A stretch of 64,000 nt of DNA. It comes from Selaginella moellendorffii. Taxonomy: Eukaryota; Plantae; Lycopodiophyta. Made by a program: the position numbers and the translations under genes. Under the pieces are notes generated by a model. It saw only the letters and a list, made by a program, of their open reading frames with translations, was not told the DNA's origin and did no database searches. This document shows positions 37,764 to 49,600 of the stretch, one piece after another. How positions within the stretch are numbered: the stretch's first letter is position 1; each line of letters opens with the position of its first letter. Location: positions 2,497,181 through 2,561,180 of the forward strand of contig NW_003314265.1 of NCBI RefSeq assembly GCF_000143415.4, in the 5' to 3' direction.

Positions 37764-40700
37764 TTAATGAATCTCACCTTGAACCCGGGTTATGAATGCT
37801 CTTGCTGCATCTCTTGCATGGTCTGGCAAGGTGATGGTGGCACTCTGCTTCCGCATCCAACCATGCACAACATTATCCACCGATATGCTCATGCTGGGAT
37901 CCCTTGGATTCAGCACCCATCTCTTTTCTAGGCAATCCTTCGTATATCCGGAACTTGACTTGAACCACTCCACAGTTACATTGAAGGAGTTAGTTTCCGC
38001 GTCCTCCTCTGCATCAGTGATGCAACGCCCCACCCATATCATTTGTTTTTTATTACTGGGTCTGACAAGCACGACCATTCCTTTGCAGACCTGTACTGGA
38101 TTGAATGCTGAATCCGGCTTCTTGTTCCTCGGCCCACAATAGTGATCCTCAACATCGTTATCTGTCACTGCATTTCCAGAGGACATTGTTCCGCTACTAT
38201 CTGGTGCTCTGGGTTCTGGCCAAAAGGACTCTTCCAATTCTTCATATACAACCGGCCCATTTTGGATAGCAGATATAATCTTCTCCCAGTATTCGAGCAA
38301 AGGCTTGCACCTCTGAAAATAGGATTCTCCACCAAACACCAACCCCCTCTTCCAGAAGGCAATATGCTGTCTAATCCCGGCCACTATACTTTCCTGGTCT
38401 TTGAGTCCATCCGGGTGCATCGGCCGTGGGGAACCCTGAGGAATCATAGGTTCCCCAGTTATGGGATCTCTCTTGAAGAGTTCAATGCCGTCCACTGGCA
38501 GCCACACTGTGTCCCATTCTCTCATCTTGTACCTCATCACTGGAGCACCGTCACACATGCTGAAATGAAACTGAAGAGGCTTGGAGTGGCCAATCAGCGT
38601 TTTGGATCCGTCCCTGATGTAGCCTCTTACAAACCCCTTAAAGTCTGGAACCTCTGTCAGAAGTGCAGCTTCAACAGTGCCTTTGATGCAATTTTGGAAT
38701 TCATCATAGAGTTGTGGGAGGGTGAGGACATTGGATCGCCGGAGGGACTCTGCCAGGTGACTGAACATGGCATCGACGTCTTCATGAGTGTGCCCAACCA
38801 TGAGAAAGCCAAGTGTAACCGTTTCAAATATGCCTTTGGCAACAAGCATCGCCAAGTACGCAAAGACGTACATGTTTTTGTTCTCACTGCCAGCATTGTC
38901 TGTTTGGAGCAGAAGATGGGGTGGAAGGCCACATCGGCTGCAAGAACTTCCTTGAGATTCTGCTTTGTTTGGATGAGGCTGTGCATTCACCGGGCGACCA
39001 GCTTCGTCGGAATGGCATGAGGCCTCACGTGATAACCCTACAATCTGACGGCCAACATATTCACTGGGATGGCATGGGGCCCCACGCGATACTGCAAGCC
39101 TTTGCTCCTCCTCCAGCTGAACCCTGTATGGGGTTCGATCGACAAGGGCCTTATGCAAGGGTTGGCCGTTCAGCTCAGTCTGCGCACTTTGCAGAGACCT
39201 TAAGTGTTTTGCTAGGGACGCAATCATCATGTTTGCACCCCCGCCACCCCATAGAGGTACAAAGAAGTTCCCATAGTTCTGGGCACCATGCCCATGAGCG
39301 ATTATGCCAAACAGAGACACAGGCAGCTGCATGGATGAAGAGATTGCCTTGGGGGCAGGATTGAGTCGAGGTAAGCACGTCTTTTTCTCGTCCATTTTGT
39401 CGTGGATGATGCAGAGGTAAGAGTCAGGTCTCTCCATGGAGAGAATCCTGTTATGATAATATGCAGTCCTGCAGCTTCTCTGCTCGATGTTGTGGTCGAG
39501 CCGCCTTCTAACCAACGTCTCTCGCTCTCGAGCGCTGCAAGAATTCTTCGACAAAGCCATTTTGATAGCAGTGCACTCGTCACACTTTGAAAAGCTGGAG
39601 TACTTTCCTATACTCACATCCCTGAACCTGTTGCTCCACAATCTACTAAATCTAGATTGGCTCAGCTTCCTGTAGCCATTACTCTGGAGTTCCCGATTCA
39701 CATCTTCCAATATGGCCCCCCTTGGTATACATGGAAGGGAGAACTCGTTGGGTGTCTCGTGTTCCATCTTCCAAGAGGCGGGTTTTATGTGGTTGCTGCT
39801 CGCTACATGTCTCGACAAACCTCTTGAAGATTGCCTCTCCATATACAACATGACCCCTGGTTTTGTGCGTACCATCGTTCCCATGGACTGCCTGTTGAAC
39901 CCTTTGTTCCTCGAACTCAGTTTTGATTCTGTAGAATGTGGTTCGAGGGACTCCATAAATGATTCTCCATGCCTTCATGCAGACCAAACCCCTCTGGAAG
40001 ACCATGCCCCCCACCTGATGTTCTGAAGCATCAATAGATGACCATAATGCCTCATACACAAAATTGCGAGCTGCCTTCCAGGACAATGTCTTGTATCTTG
40101 CTCTCTCCTCTTCAATAGCATCCCAATCAGCATGTTGACAGCACCTCCTCTTGCAACAAGCAACTATCGAGACCATTCGAACCTCCATTGCCATTTTCTG
40201 CCTTTTCGGTTCGTTGCTCAGATCCCTTTGGCTGCGCTTTAGGAAGGTGTACTTTCTTTTCCCATGAAGAGATGTTCTGTCATCAGTTGTAGTGGTGTTT
40301 GATTGTGAATCCTTCACATTCTCAAACATTAAGTGCCTCAATTTCCACCGCACAATGCTTCCAATAGTCAGACTGTTTTCTTCTGTGTCAACAACCTCTA
40401 AAATCGCAACTCCAATATCATCCCAGCCCAATTCTTGATTAGCAACCGCATCTCTTGGATCGACAACTGTGGCTAAGCCCTCAGCTACCACCTCCCCCTC
40501 GGGGTTGTTTAGAAACACCTTTGCCTGAATCCATGTAGCACGGTTCTTAAGATCCACGGAGGGAACATGCGTCGCACTTGCGCTGTCCCCAACATCTGCT
40601 TTCTTCTGAAGACTTTTCAAGGCAACAACAACATTTACCCCGACGACCATCTCTCCTCGTTCAATAGCGACCACATTCCCATCGAAGACAGTCTCTACTG

Positions 40701-40833
40701 ATACAACAGCATTGCCTTCCCCAAGCCTTTGACAGTGTATAACAAAGTTCCGATCCATAGACACAAGGGTCCCTTTTGCAACTCTCTTCCCACCATTCAA
40801 AATGTAAACCTTTTCCCCAACCCTGAAGGCCAT
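37764..40833 (-). CDS. Sola-like DDD transposase (~1020 aa if the +1 frameshift at 39716-39721 is bypassed), with two N-terminal Tnp1/En-Spm-like repeats and a C-terminal BAH-like region
   Basis: FSKCDEC; IIHDKMD; LLLQTDNAGSENKN; FLMVGHTHEDVDAMFS. ORFs 39679-40833 and 37764-39956 overlap and join at AAGGGGGGCC. Confidence 0.8.
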
Positions 40834-41185
40834 TCTGAAAGTGCAGAAAAGAAGTTAAGACCATACAAAAAATGATTGGAGAATGGCCTAAATCATAACA
40901 TACCAAACAACCTCAATAGCATGAGGCCACATGCCATTATTCAAACATGCTATTGACACCCACGTGAAATTTCGCATTCACAAAATTGGCATGAGCCCTC
41001 ATGCCATCTTGATATACACACAGCTGCAGGCATGCCATGACGCTAGCCATGAAATTGCAAGGGCCCAAGATGGCATGTGGCCTCATGCCATTTCTAAATG
41101 TGGTCCTAAGCCATTCCATGGTGAACATACCAGGAAGCACAAGTGCCGAATATCAAGAGGAAGCGGTAGCCACACCAAAGACAGT

Positions 41186-41310
41186 GCCGCTCGCAACACC
41201 GCAACTACTCGTAGCGCCGCTCGCAACACCGCAACTGCTCGTAGCGCCACTCGCACAAACTGCCACTCGCATAAACTGCCGCTCGCAATGGCGCTCGCAA
41301 TGCCGCAACC
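41186..41310. repeat. GC-rich 30-bp tandem repeat (GCCGCTCGCAACACCGCAACTRCTCGTAGC) upstream of the transposase
   Basis: Two full and further partial units; also at about 47700-47825 and 62948-63075. Confidence 0.85.
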
Positions 41311-42150
41311 TCTCGTAGACGCATAAACCACAGCCCATAACGCCGCTTACACAAGCAGCGCTCACTGCGCTCAGCGGAACCAAGAACACGGCGCACAAAA
41401 ATGATAGACCTAGGAATGAGTTCAAGAATTAAAAAATAACACACGCTTGAACGTCACATCAAATCCTCTGACAAACCAGATCTTATGATTCCTCTGACAA
41501 ATTTCAAACTGAGTAGCTTCTAGACTTTGCTGTCGGAGGTTGAACTTTGTCACATCATGTCCTTGCCTCGATCCAGCTGTGCCATGTCAGTGATTCGAAC
41601 TTTGCCATGCCATGTCAGCGATCCATGCCAAGATTATTCGCCGTGTAAAGGAATAATTATGCTGTGTGTGTACGTCCATTTATGGCAATATAAGGCCACA
41701 CGCCATTCAAAGAATAATGCTCGACATAAGGCCACACGCCATTCAAAGAATAATGCTAGTCGAGCATTTTTTGGTGCATTTTTGGGTTCAAAATTGCATG
41801 AGCCCACACGCTATAAAGTTTACCTGTACCAAAAATAGAAACAGCTTTATTTACTTGGGAATTTAAGTGGTTGAGGCATTTTTAAACTTACAAACACATG
41901 CCCTACTTACATTCTTTTGGTTGCTTAAAATTCAAAAATATTATAAACCTTTCTTTTTGCATTTTCAATGTTTTCAATTATGGTTTTTGATTTTCGTAGG
42001 ACCAGCCTAGTAATCTATTTGCATCCCGTCATGTTTATAGCTAGCTTTCGTTTGTCCCCTTCACTAGCCTGAGATACATCTGCTCGGCATTTGCCTCTTA
42101 CAGCATTTGCCCAGAAAGGGCATCTTTCTTCACGCAGCATTTGCCACATG

Positions 42151-42183
42151 TTTAGGGTTTAGGGTTTAGGGTTTAGGGTTTAG
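42151..42183 (+). repeat. Interstitial plant telomere repeat (TTTAGGG)4+TTTAG
   Basis: Directly visible; same tract at 46862-46894 (rc) and 63914-63946. Confidence 0.97.
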
Positions 42184-42386
42184 CAATTCAGTAACTTGAT
42201 AAACATGCAAATACAGAACTTGATGCAAAATCCTTTGATATGTCACAATGCTCCTAGGACCATAAACACATTTCAATAGAGAGGGTCCTTTCATTTCATA
42301 ACTCCTTACGTAGATCTTGGTGAAACCAGAGTTAGTGAAGTTAGTTTCTTGTGATCCCGCATCTGATTGTGATGTCCCTTTGCAGT

Positions 42387-45300
42387 TCTCTGGCTCGATC
42401 TCGGACTCGATTTCGGATCCGACTTTGGATTCGGTCTCAGACTCGATCTCGGACCCGACCTCGGACTCGACCTCGGACTCGGTCTCGGACCCGATTTCAG
42501 ATCTCGGACTCCGTCTCGAACTCGGTCTCAGAGTCGGTCTTGGAATGGCATGAGACCACACGCCATTGCAAATATAATTTGTACCTCCTTTTTTCCTATT
42601 GCTTGTCTGTTTGTCCTTCTTCGACGCGCCACCAGTGCGCTTTTCAGTCCTCGTGTCTGAATATTCACAACGATCTATAATCAAAATGGCGTGAGGCCTC
42701 ACGTGACCTTACCTTGTGCAGGTTGTGAGCTCGGCCCAACAGTAGCTGTTAACGCCGTTTCAGCATCTGGGGGTGGCCACGCTCCTGCATACAGAGCTTG
42801 TGAGATAACATTTAAACTTAAAGTGCGTACTCACCAGGTTCGCAGAGAAGATACTGTTTTTCTTTGGCAACTGTAATTATATGCTTCATTGAAGTCACCT
42901 CTTCAATAGAGTTTGTCACCGCAACACACGGGACACCCTTGAGTAGTGCGGCTCGAAAGAATAGTCCGCCGCAGTTGTACTCGACAACGCATTTGCCCTT
43001 GGAGTCGGAAGCAGGTGCTATTGCATTGAAGACCCAGCTGAGCATTTCCCATGCTGCACCTGGAGCTTTCTCTGGATTCGAAAGCTCCATAGCCGTCTTC
43101 AGTTCCTCAGGCATGGGTAAATTGACCTCCCTCAGATCAATTCGATCGGCCTTGTCGAACGAAGCTGGGAAGTCACTCCAGTCCCACTCTGCTGCAGGAC
43201 CAATAACAAGGGCGAGTGTGAAGATGCGGACATTCGTCGGTATCTTCTTCTTAGCCATTATCCCATGGATCTCCTGCATCTCCTTGCCTTTTTCACCTCA
43301 TTCAAGGCCTTCCAGAACTTGTGATAGGATTCGGAGTCGTAGATCATATAGTGGACTGAAGATTCCACCTCCGCAAGTCCCACCATTAAGTCAATGATGG
43401 AGCTGACTTCATCTGCATGAGTGATCTCCTCGTTTGTGAAGTCCATCACACAAAAGATGTTCTTGACCTGCTCATCTCCGCGGGAAACGATGCTCCTCCA
43501 CCTTTGATCCTCATCCGAATTCACGTATACCCGGTAAGGTTCTCGATAGGCCTCTGTTGCGGGGTCAAGCTGTTTCTAAAGCCGGCGGTCGACATCCCTC
43601 TTAATGAAATTTGGATACTGATCCAACTTCTCAGCTTTACTTTTCGTGGCATCCCACAACAGATCGATGAACTTGGGGGCCCCCTTCACGTAGTCGTCGA
43701 TGTCTTCATTTGACAACTCCAGCTCTTCCATCATCTCTTGCGTGGTGTCGATGCTCACCCTCTCCACGGCCACTTGCTCGAAGATCCAATCCTTCAATAG
43801 CGCACGAGCTCTCAGAGTTGTGCACAAGTCCTCGTATGTCACAATATGGCCGGGAGTCATTTTGGTCTTGTTGAAGACTACCTCACCACGTAGAAAAGCA
43901 TTAGCCACTGTCAGAAGGTCGTCGTCGTCTAGAGACCGTGAGAAACGCAAGGCGTTGAGCTTCAAATCATTGGGCTTCCGGCCGTCCTCCACACCCATTG
44001 AGTTTAGCAACTCCCCGTCATGGTACCTCCTCAGCACATCTACCCATTTTTCAAAAACAACTTTTGTCGCGAGTAGAATGTTATGGATGCTGAGTGTGTC
44101 ATTGACCCCCAGTGTTTTCGAGAGAAGACTCGAGAATTCCTGCAATGGAAATGGCGTGAGGCCACATGCTATGCCACATGCAACGAGGCTTACCTGCCAG
44201 GCGCTAGTTGCTAGTGCACGTCCTTGTCCTGGTTTTTGTGGCTTCTTCAGTTGAACCCAGAGCTTCCGTGTTCGTGCCAATGTCTCGTGCAGATCCGATT
44301 TGTAGCACGTTTCTTGCTTGACATTCTGCGCGTGGGAGATGGATATGATAGATCAGAGGGGCAAGTTGCCTTTTATCAGGCGGACAACTCTTGTCTTGAA
44401 GACTTTCTTCACCTCCTCGCCCACCATAATATCCACAACTATCTCTTGCATCACCAAGCTAGAATGCTACCCGGAGACGGCATAGAACCGGATGTTCTGA
44501 TCGTCCAACACCTTCCTATTGATCAAGTCTGGAAACCTCGTCTCGCCCTTCATTGTTCAGTAGTAGGGGATCACGTCTGCAATGTCGGGTGTTACTGGAC
44601 TTGCCAGCATCTTCTGCTTCAGTTTCTCCACCCACTCATCAGATACTAGCCTGTGGTTGTATTTGCTTTGGATGTCGATACGGCTCACGTCGATTGTATA
44701 TACTTTGTTGGAATAGTAACAAGTACTATTATCTGCGACGATTTTTGCTGCCTCTTCTTGCTCTTTCTGCTCTTTGCGGCTCTTCTTTTTGGTGGGTGTA
44801 GTGTTTGAACCCGAGGCAATGGCATCACCGAGTAGCTTCTTTTTTGGAGCTGCAGGAGAGTCGGACGTCGGCTTGAGCTTGACCACCCTTTTCTGCTTTG
44901 GGGTAGTTTCCAGATCGACCCCCTTCCCCTTCGCTTCGCGAACTGGAGGCACTCTCAATGGCTCAATGTTGGAATATAGTTTTTGAACATCGCTGTAGGT
45001 GAGGTCCGTGGATTCCATGTGATCTTCATAGACCCGCAGCGTCTTTGAAATTGTGGGCCTCCTGGACAACCTCTCCCTAGCTCCCTCTAGGAATTCCTCA
45101 TAGCCGCTGCCCCCCTCCGGGAAGCCGCTAGGATGTGCAAGGTGGATCTTGAAGGCGGACACTGTCTCTACCACAAGTGCCAGTCCATATTCTTGCATGG
45201 AACTGCATGGAGTGTCTCTCACTTGGATGAGGATCCCCATGCATTCTTTTCTCCCACCATCTGTGTTGTACAGCCTCAGATCCTCGCCTTCCATCCCGAA

Positions 45301-45396
45301 AGTCCAACTGGTGAGCTCCTCCCCCTTCTCTGCATCCACATTGACAGTGGCTGGAAGAAGAATGCAATTCCTCGCCTGTTCAAAAATGCACAACAA
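42387..45396 (-). pseudogene. Multi-exon cargo gene: ParB/Srx-like domain plus highly diverged MTase-like C-terminus (second subfamily)
   Basis: ORF 44557-45396 continues in frame through TGA/TAG/TGA stops (YTIDVSRIDI..YNHRLVSDEWVEKLKQKM...RFYAVSG*HS) into ORF 43576-44280. C-terminus ...KGKCVVEYNCGGLFFRAALLKGVPCVAV. GT-AG introns at 44140-44193 and three short phase-1 introns at about 42.54-42.83 kb. Confidence 0.7.
42391..42541. repeat. 12-bp tandem repeat (TCGGACTCGATC-like)
   Basis: Directly visible; forms the low-complexity tail of the cargo gene. Confidence 0.85.
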
Positions 45397-45825
45397 TTAG
45401 AGCTGACAGATGAAAAGCTAGCAGTTGGAAATAACGTGAGGCCACACGCCATTCACCACTGCATCAGATGTCTTGAGGCTGCATCCTAAGATGGCGTGAG
45501 GCTACACGCCATCTGTAACCGGACTGCACTCGAGAGCCCAATCGGTGCATGCCAATGTTGCTACTGAATGGCATATGGCCTCATGCCATTTTCTACTTGG
45601 CCTAAAAGACTTACCATTTGAAGCCGAATGGAGGCCGTGACAATCGAGGCCGGACTCGCTGGCGAATGTGCATTGTGTGTGCAGCGGATCGTAGCAGCAA
45701 GGCTACTCTGCCACTTACAGTTGGAGAGTGGCGCTGAAATCTCCCGGGACGCCAAGTGGGCTGCGTGTGGGTGGCGGAGTGGGCGGCGGAGTTGGCGGCG
45801 AAGTTACAAACTGGGTGTGTCTTGA

Positions 45826-45970
45826 AGTGGACGCCGATGCACACGAGCGCGATGCGAGCGCGAGTGTGATGCAAGCGCGAGTGGACGCCGATGCACACGA
45901 GAAACCTGTAGAGAAGATAGATGAGCGCGATCGCGAGCGCGAGTGGGAGCGCGATGCGAGCGCGAGTACG
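45826..45970. repeat. GC-rich repeats (GTGGACGCCGATGCACACGAG x2; GAGCGCGATGCGAGCGCGAGT) upstream of the cargo gene
   Basis: Directly visible. Confidence 0.75.
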
Positions 45971-46658
45971 ATGCAAAATGCAAAACCTAACCTCACACGC
46001 GCGAAATGTCACGACGGTTGGTAATCCCGCCATGTCATCATTCCTCAGACTTGGGCGCCACCATTAATTTCTGGGTCGCCACGCGCATGCATGCACGTGA
46101 AATCCAAAAGAAATCCGTAACGTCATCATTCCTCGGACTGCATGCACGCGAAATCCAAAAGAAAGATCATGATTGGGATATCATTTAATACCCTCGCTAT
46201 ATTTATACTATGCATGATTGGATATTCCAAAGCATCTTGTATTTCCAAAAATGCCAGATGTTCAGCTAAATAAAGAATGGTATACAATGTAATTTTGTGC
46301 TCATGCAATTTTGATCCCAAAAAATGCACCAAAAAATGCTCGGCGTCATCTAGCGTTATCTCTTGAATGGCATGGGGCCGCATGCCATTTTCAGGGGCAC
46401 ATAGGAGTATATTCCTAGAATATTCTAATATGTGCAAGATTTTTTTGAGTTTTCTGGAGATCCAACCGTTAGATCGGAACTAGATTTTACAGAATGGTAT
46501 ACAATGTCTTTCTTGATGACCCTGCAAAGAAGCATCTCGATCGGACACCACATGAGACCACACGAGCCTTACAATGTTTCAGGGGCATTTGCCATAGATC
46601 CGACCGTTATTTTTCTCCAAGATTTTATAGTTTGGTGTGCATTGACCTTTCCATCGAC

Positions 46659-49600
46659 ACTGCAAAGGGACATCACAATCAGATGCGGGTTCACAAGAAA
46701 CTAACTTCACTAACTCTGGTTTCACCAAGATCTACGTAAAGAGTTATGAAATGAAAGGACCCTTTTTATTGAAATGTGTTTATGGTCCTAGGGGCATTAT
46801 GACATATCAAAGGATTTTGCATCAAGTTCTGTATTTGCATGTTTATCAAGCTACTGAATTGCTAAACCCTAAACCCTAAACCCTAAACCCTAAACATGTG
46901 GCAAATGCTGCGTGAAGAAAGATGCCCTTTCTGGGCAAATGCTGTAAGAGGCAGATGCCGAGCAGATGTATCTCAGGCTAGCGAAGGGGACAAACGAAAG
47001 CTAGTTATAAACATGACGGGATGCAAATAGATTATTAGGCTGGTCCTGCGAAAATCAAAAACCATAATTGAAAACATTGAAAATGCAAAAAGAAAGGTTT
47101 ATAATATTTTTGAATTTTAAGCAACCAAAGGAATGTAAGTAGGGCATGTGTTTGTAAGTTTAAAAATGCCTCAACCACTTAAATTCCCAAGTAAATAAAG
47201 CTGTTTCTATTTTTTGTACAGGTAAACTTTATAGCGTGTGGGCTCATGCAATTTTGAACCTAAAAATGCACCAAAAAATGCTCGACTAGCATTATTCTTT
47301 GAATGGCGTGTGGCCTTATATTGCCATAAATGGACGTACACACACAGCATAATTATTCCTTTACACGGCGAATAATCTTGGCGCGGATCGCTGACATGGC
47401 ATGGCAAAGTTCGAATCACTGACATGGCACAGCTGGATCGAGGCAAGGACATGATGTGACAAAGTTCAACCTCCAACAGCAAAGTCTAGAAGCTACTCAG
47501 TTTGAAATTTGTCAGAGGAATCATAAGATCTGGTTTGTCAGAGGATTTGATGTGACGTTCAAGCGTGTGTTATTTTTGAATTCTCGAACTCATTCCTAGG
47601 TCTATCATTTTTGTGCGCCGTGTTCTTGGTTCCGCTGAGCGCAGTGAACGCTGCTTGTGTAAGCGGCGTTATGGGCTATGGTTTATGTGTCTACGAGCGG
47701 TTGCGGCATTGCGAGCGCCATTGCGAGCGGCAGTTTATGCGAGTGGCAGTTTGTGCGAGCGGCGCTACGAGCAGTTGCGGTGTTGCGAGCGGCGCTACGA
47801 GTAGTTGCGGTGTTGCGAGCGGCACTGTCTTTGGTGTGGCTACCGCTTCCTCTTGATATTCGGCACTTGTGCTTCCTGGTATGTTCACCATGGAATGGCT
47901 TAGGACCACATTTAGAAATGGCATGAGGCCACATGCCATCTTGGGCCCTTGCAATTTCATGGCTAGCATATTGTCATGTATGTTTTTACTTGCCTGCAGC
48001 TGTGTGTATATCAAGATGGCATGAGGCCTCATGCCAATTTTGTGAATGCGAAATTTCACGTGGGTGTCAATAGCATGTTTGAATAATGGCATGTGGCCTC
48101 ATGCTATTGAGGTTGTTTGGTATGTTATGATTTAGGCCATTCTCCAATCATTTTTTGTATGGTCTTAACTTCTTTTCTGCACTTTCAGAATGGCCTTCAG
48201 GGTTGGGGAAAAGGTTTACATTTTGAATGGTGGGAAGAGAGTTGCAAAAGGGACCCTTGTGTCTATGGATCGGAACTTTGTTATACACTGTCAAAGGCTT
48301 GGGGAAGGCAATGCTGCTGTATCAGTAGAGACTGTCTTCGATGGGAATGTGGTTGCTATTGAACGAGGAGAGATGGTCGTCGGGGTAAATGTTGTTGTTG
48401 CCTTGAAAAATCTTCAGAAGAAAGCAGATGTTGGGGACAGCGCAAGTGCGACGCATGTTCCCTCCGTGGATCTTAAGAACCGTACTACATGGATTCAGGC
48501 AAAGGTGTTTCTAAACAACCCCGAGGGGGAAGTGGTAGCTGAGGGCTTAGCCACAGTTGTCGATCCAAGAGATGCGGTTGCTAATCAAGAATTGGGCTGG
48601 GATGATATTGGAGTTGCGATTTTAGAGGTTGTTGACACAGAAGAAAACAATCTGACTATTGGAAGCATTGTGCAGTGGAAATTGAGGCACTTAGTGTTTG
48701 AGAATGTGAAGGATTCATAATCAAACACCACTACAACTGATGACAGAACATCTCTTCATGGGAAAAGAAAGTACACCTTCCTAAAGCGCAACCAAAGGGA
48801 TCTGAGCAACGAACCGAAAAGGCAGAAAATGGCGATGGAGGTTCGAATGGTCTCGACAGTTGCTTGTTGCAAGAGGAGGTGCTGTCAACATGCTGATTGG
48901 GATGCTATTGAAGAGGAGAGAGCAAGATACAAGACATTGTCCTGGAAGGCAGCTCGCAATTTTGTGTATGAGGCATTACGGTCATCTGTTGATGCTTCAG
49001 AACATCAGGTGGGGGGCATGGTCTTCCAGAGGGGTTTGGTCTGCATGAAGGCATGGAGAATCATTTATGGAGTCCCTCGAACCACATTCTACAGAATCAA
49101 AACTGAGTTCGAGGAACAAAGGGTTCAACAGGCAGTCCATGGGAACGACGGTACGCACAAAACCAGGGGTCATGTTGTATATGGAGAGGCAATCTTCAAG
49201 AGGTTTGTCGAGACATGTAGCGAGCAGCAACCACATAAAACCCGCCTCTTGGAAGATGGAACACGAGACACCCAACGAGTTCTCCCTTCCATGTATACCA
49301 AGGGGGGCCATATTGGAAGATGTGAATCGGGAACTCCAGAGTAATGGCTACAGGAAGCTGAGCCAATCTAGATTTAGTAGATTGTGGAGCAACAGGTTCA
49401 GGGATGTGAGTATAGGAAAGTACTCCAGCTTTTCAAAGTGTGACGAGTGCACTGCTATCAAAATGGCTTTGTCGAAGAATTCTTGCAGCGCTCAAGAGCG
49501 AGAGACGTTGGTTAGAAGGCGGCTCGACCACAACATCGAGCAGAGAAGCTGCAGGACTGCATATTATCATAACAGGATTCTCTCCATGGAGAGACCTGAC

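Larger units (their letters stand above)
36565..42386 (-). mobile_element. Sola-like (DUF7869-type) DNA transposon, copy A (one terminus at about 36565-36568)
   Basis: Nearly identical to 58107-63968 (direct, offset 21542 at the start) and to 46659-50389 (inverted). A and C share a sharp boundary at TATGCTCTATTTCGTTAAAG. Confidence 0.85.

Noticed and set aside
38142-39020. 292-aa antisense ORF (also 59684-60562)
   Set aside because: Shadow of the transposase frame; copies are too young for its persistence to imply selection.
40931-41866. Many short overlapping ORFs upstream of the transposase (also 47207-48092, 62473-63629)
   Set aside because: Arise from GC-rich repeats and palindromes; indels between copies break their frames.
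37108-46570. CRISPR-like array interpretation of the 22-bp palindromes
   Set aside because: Irregular spacing (tens of bp to kb), degenerate copies, no cas genes, eukaryotic context.
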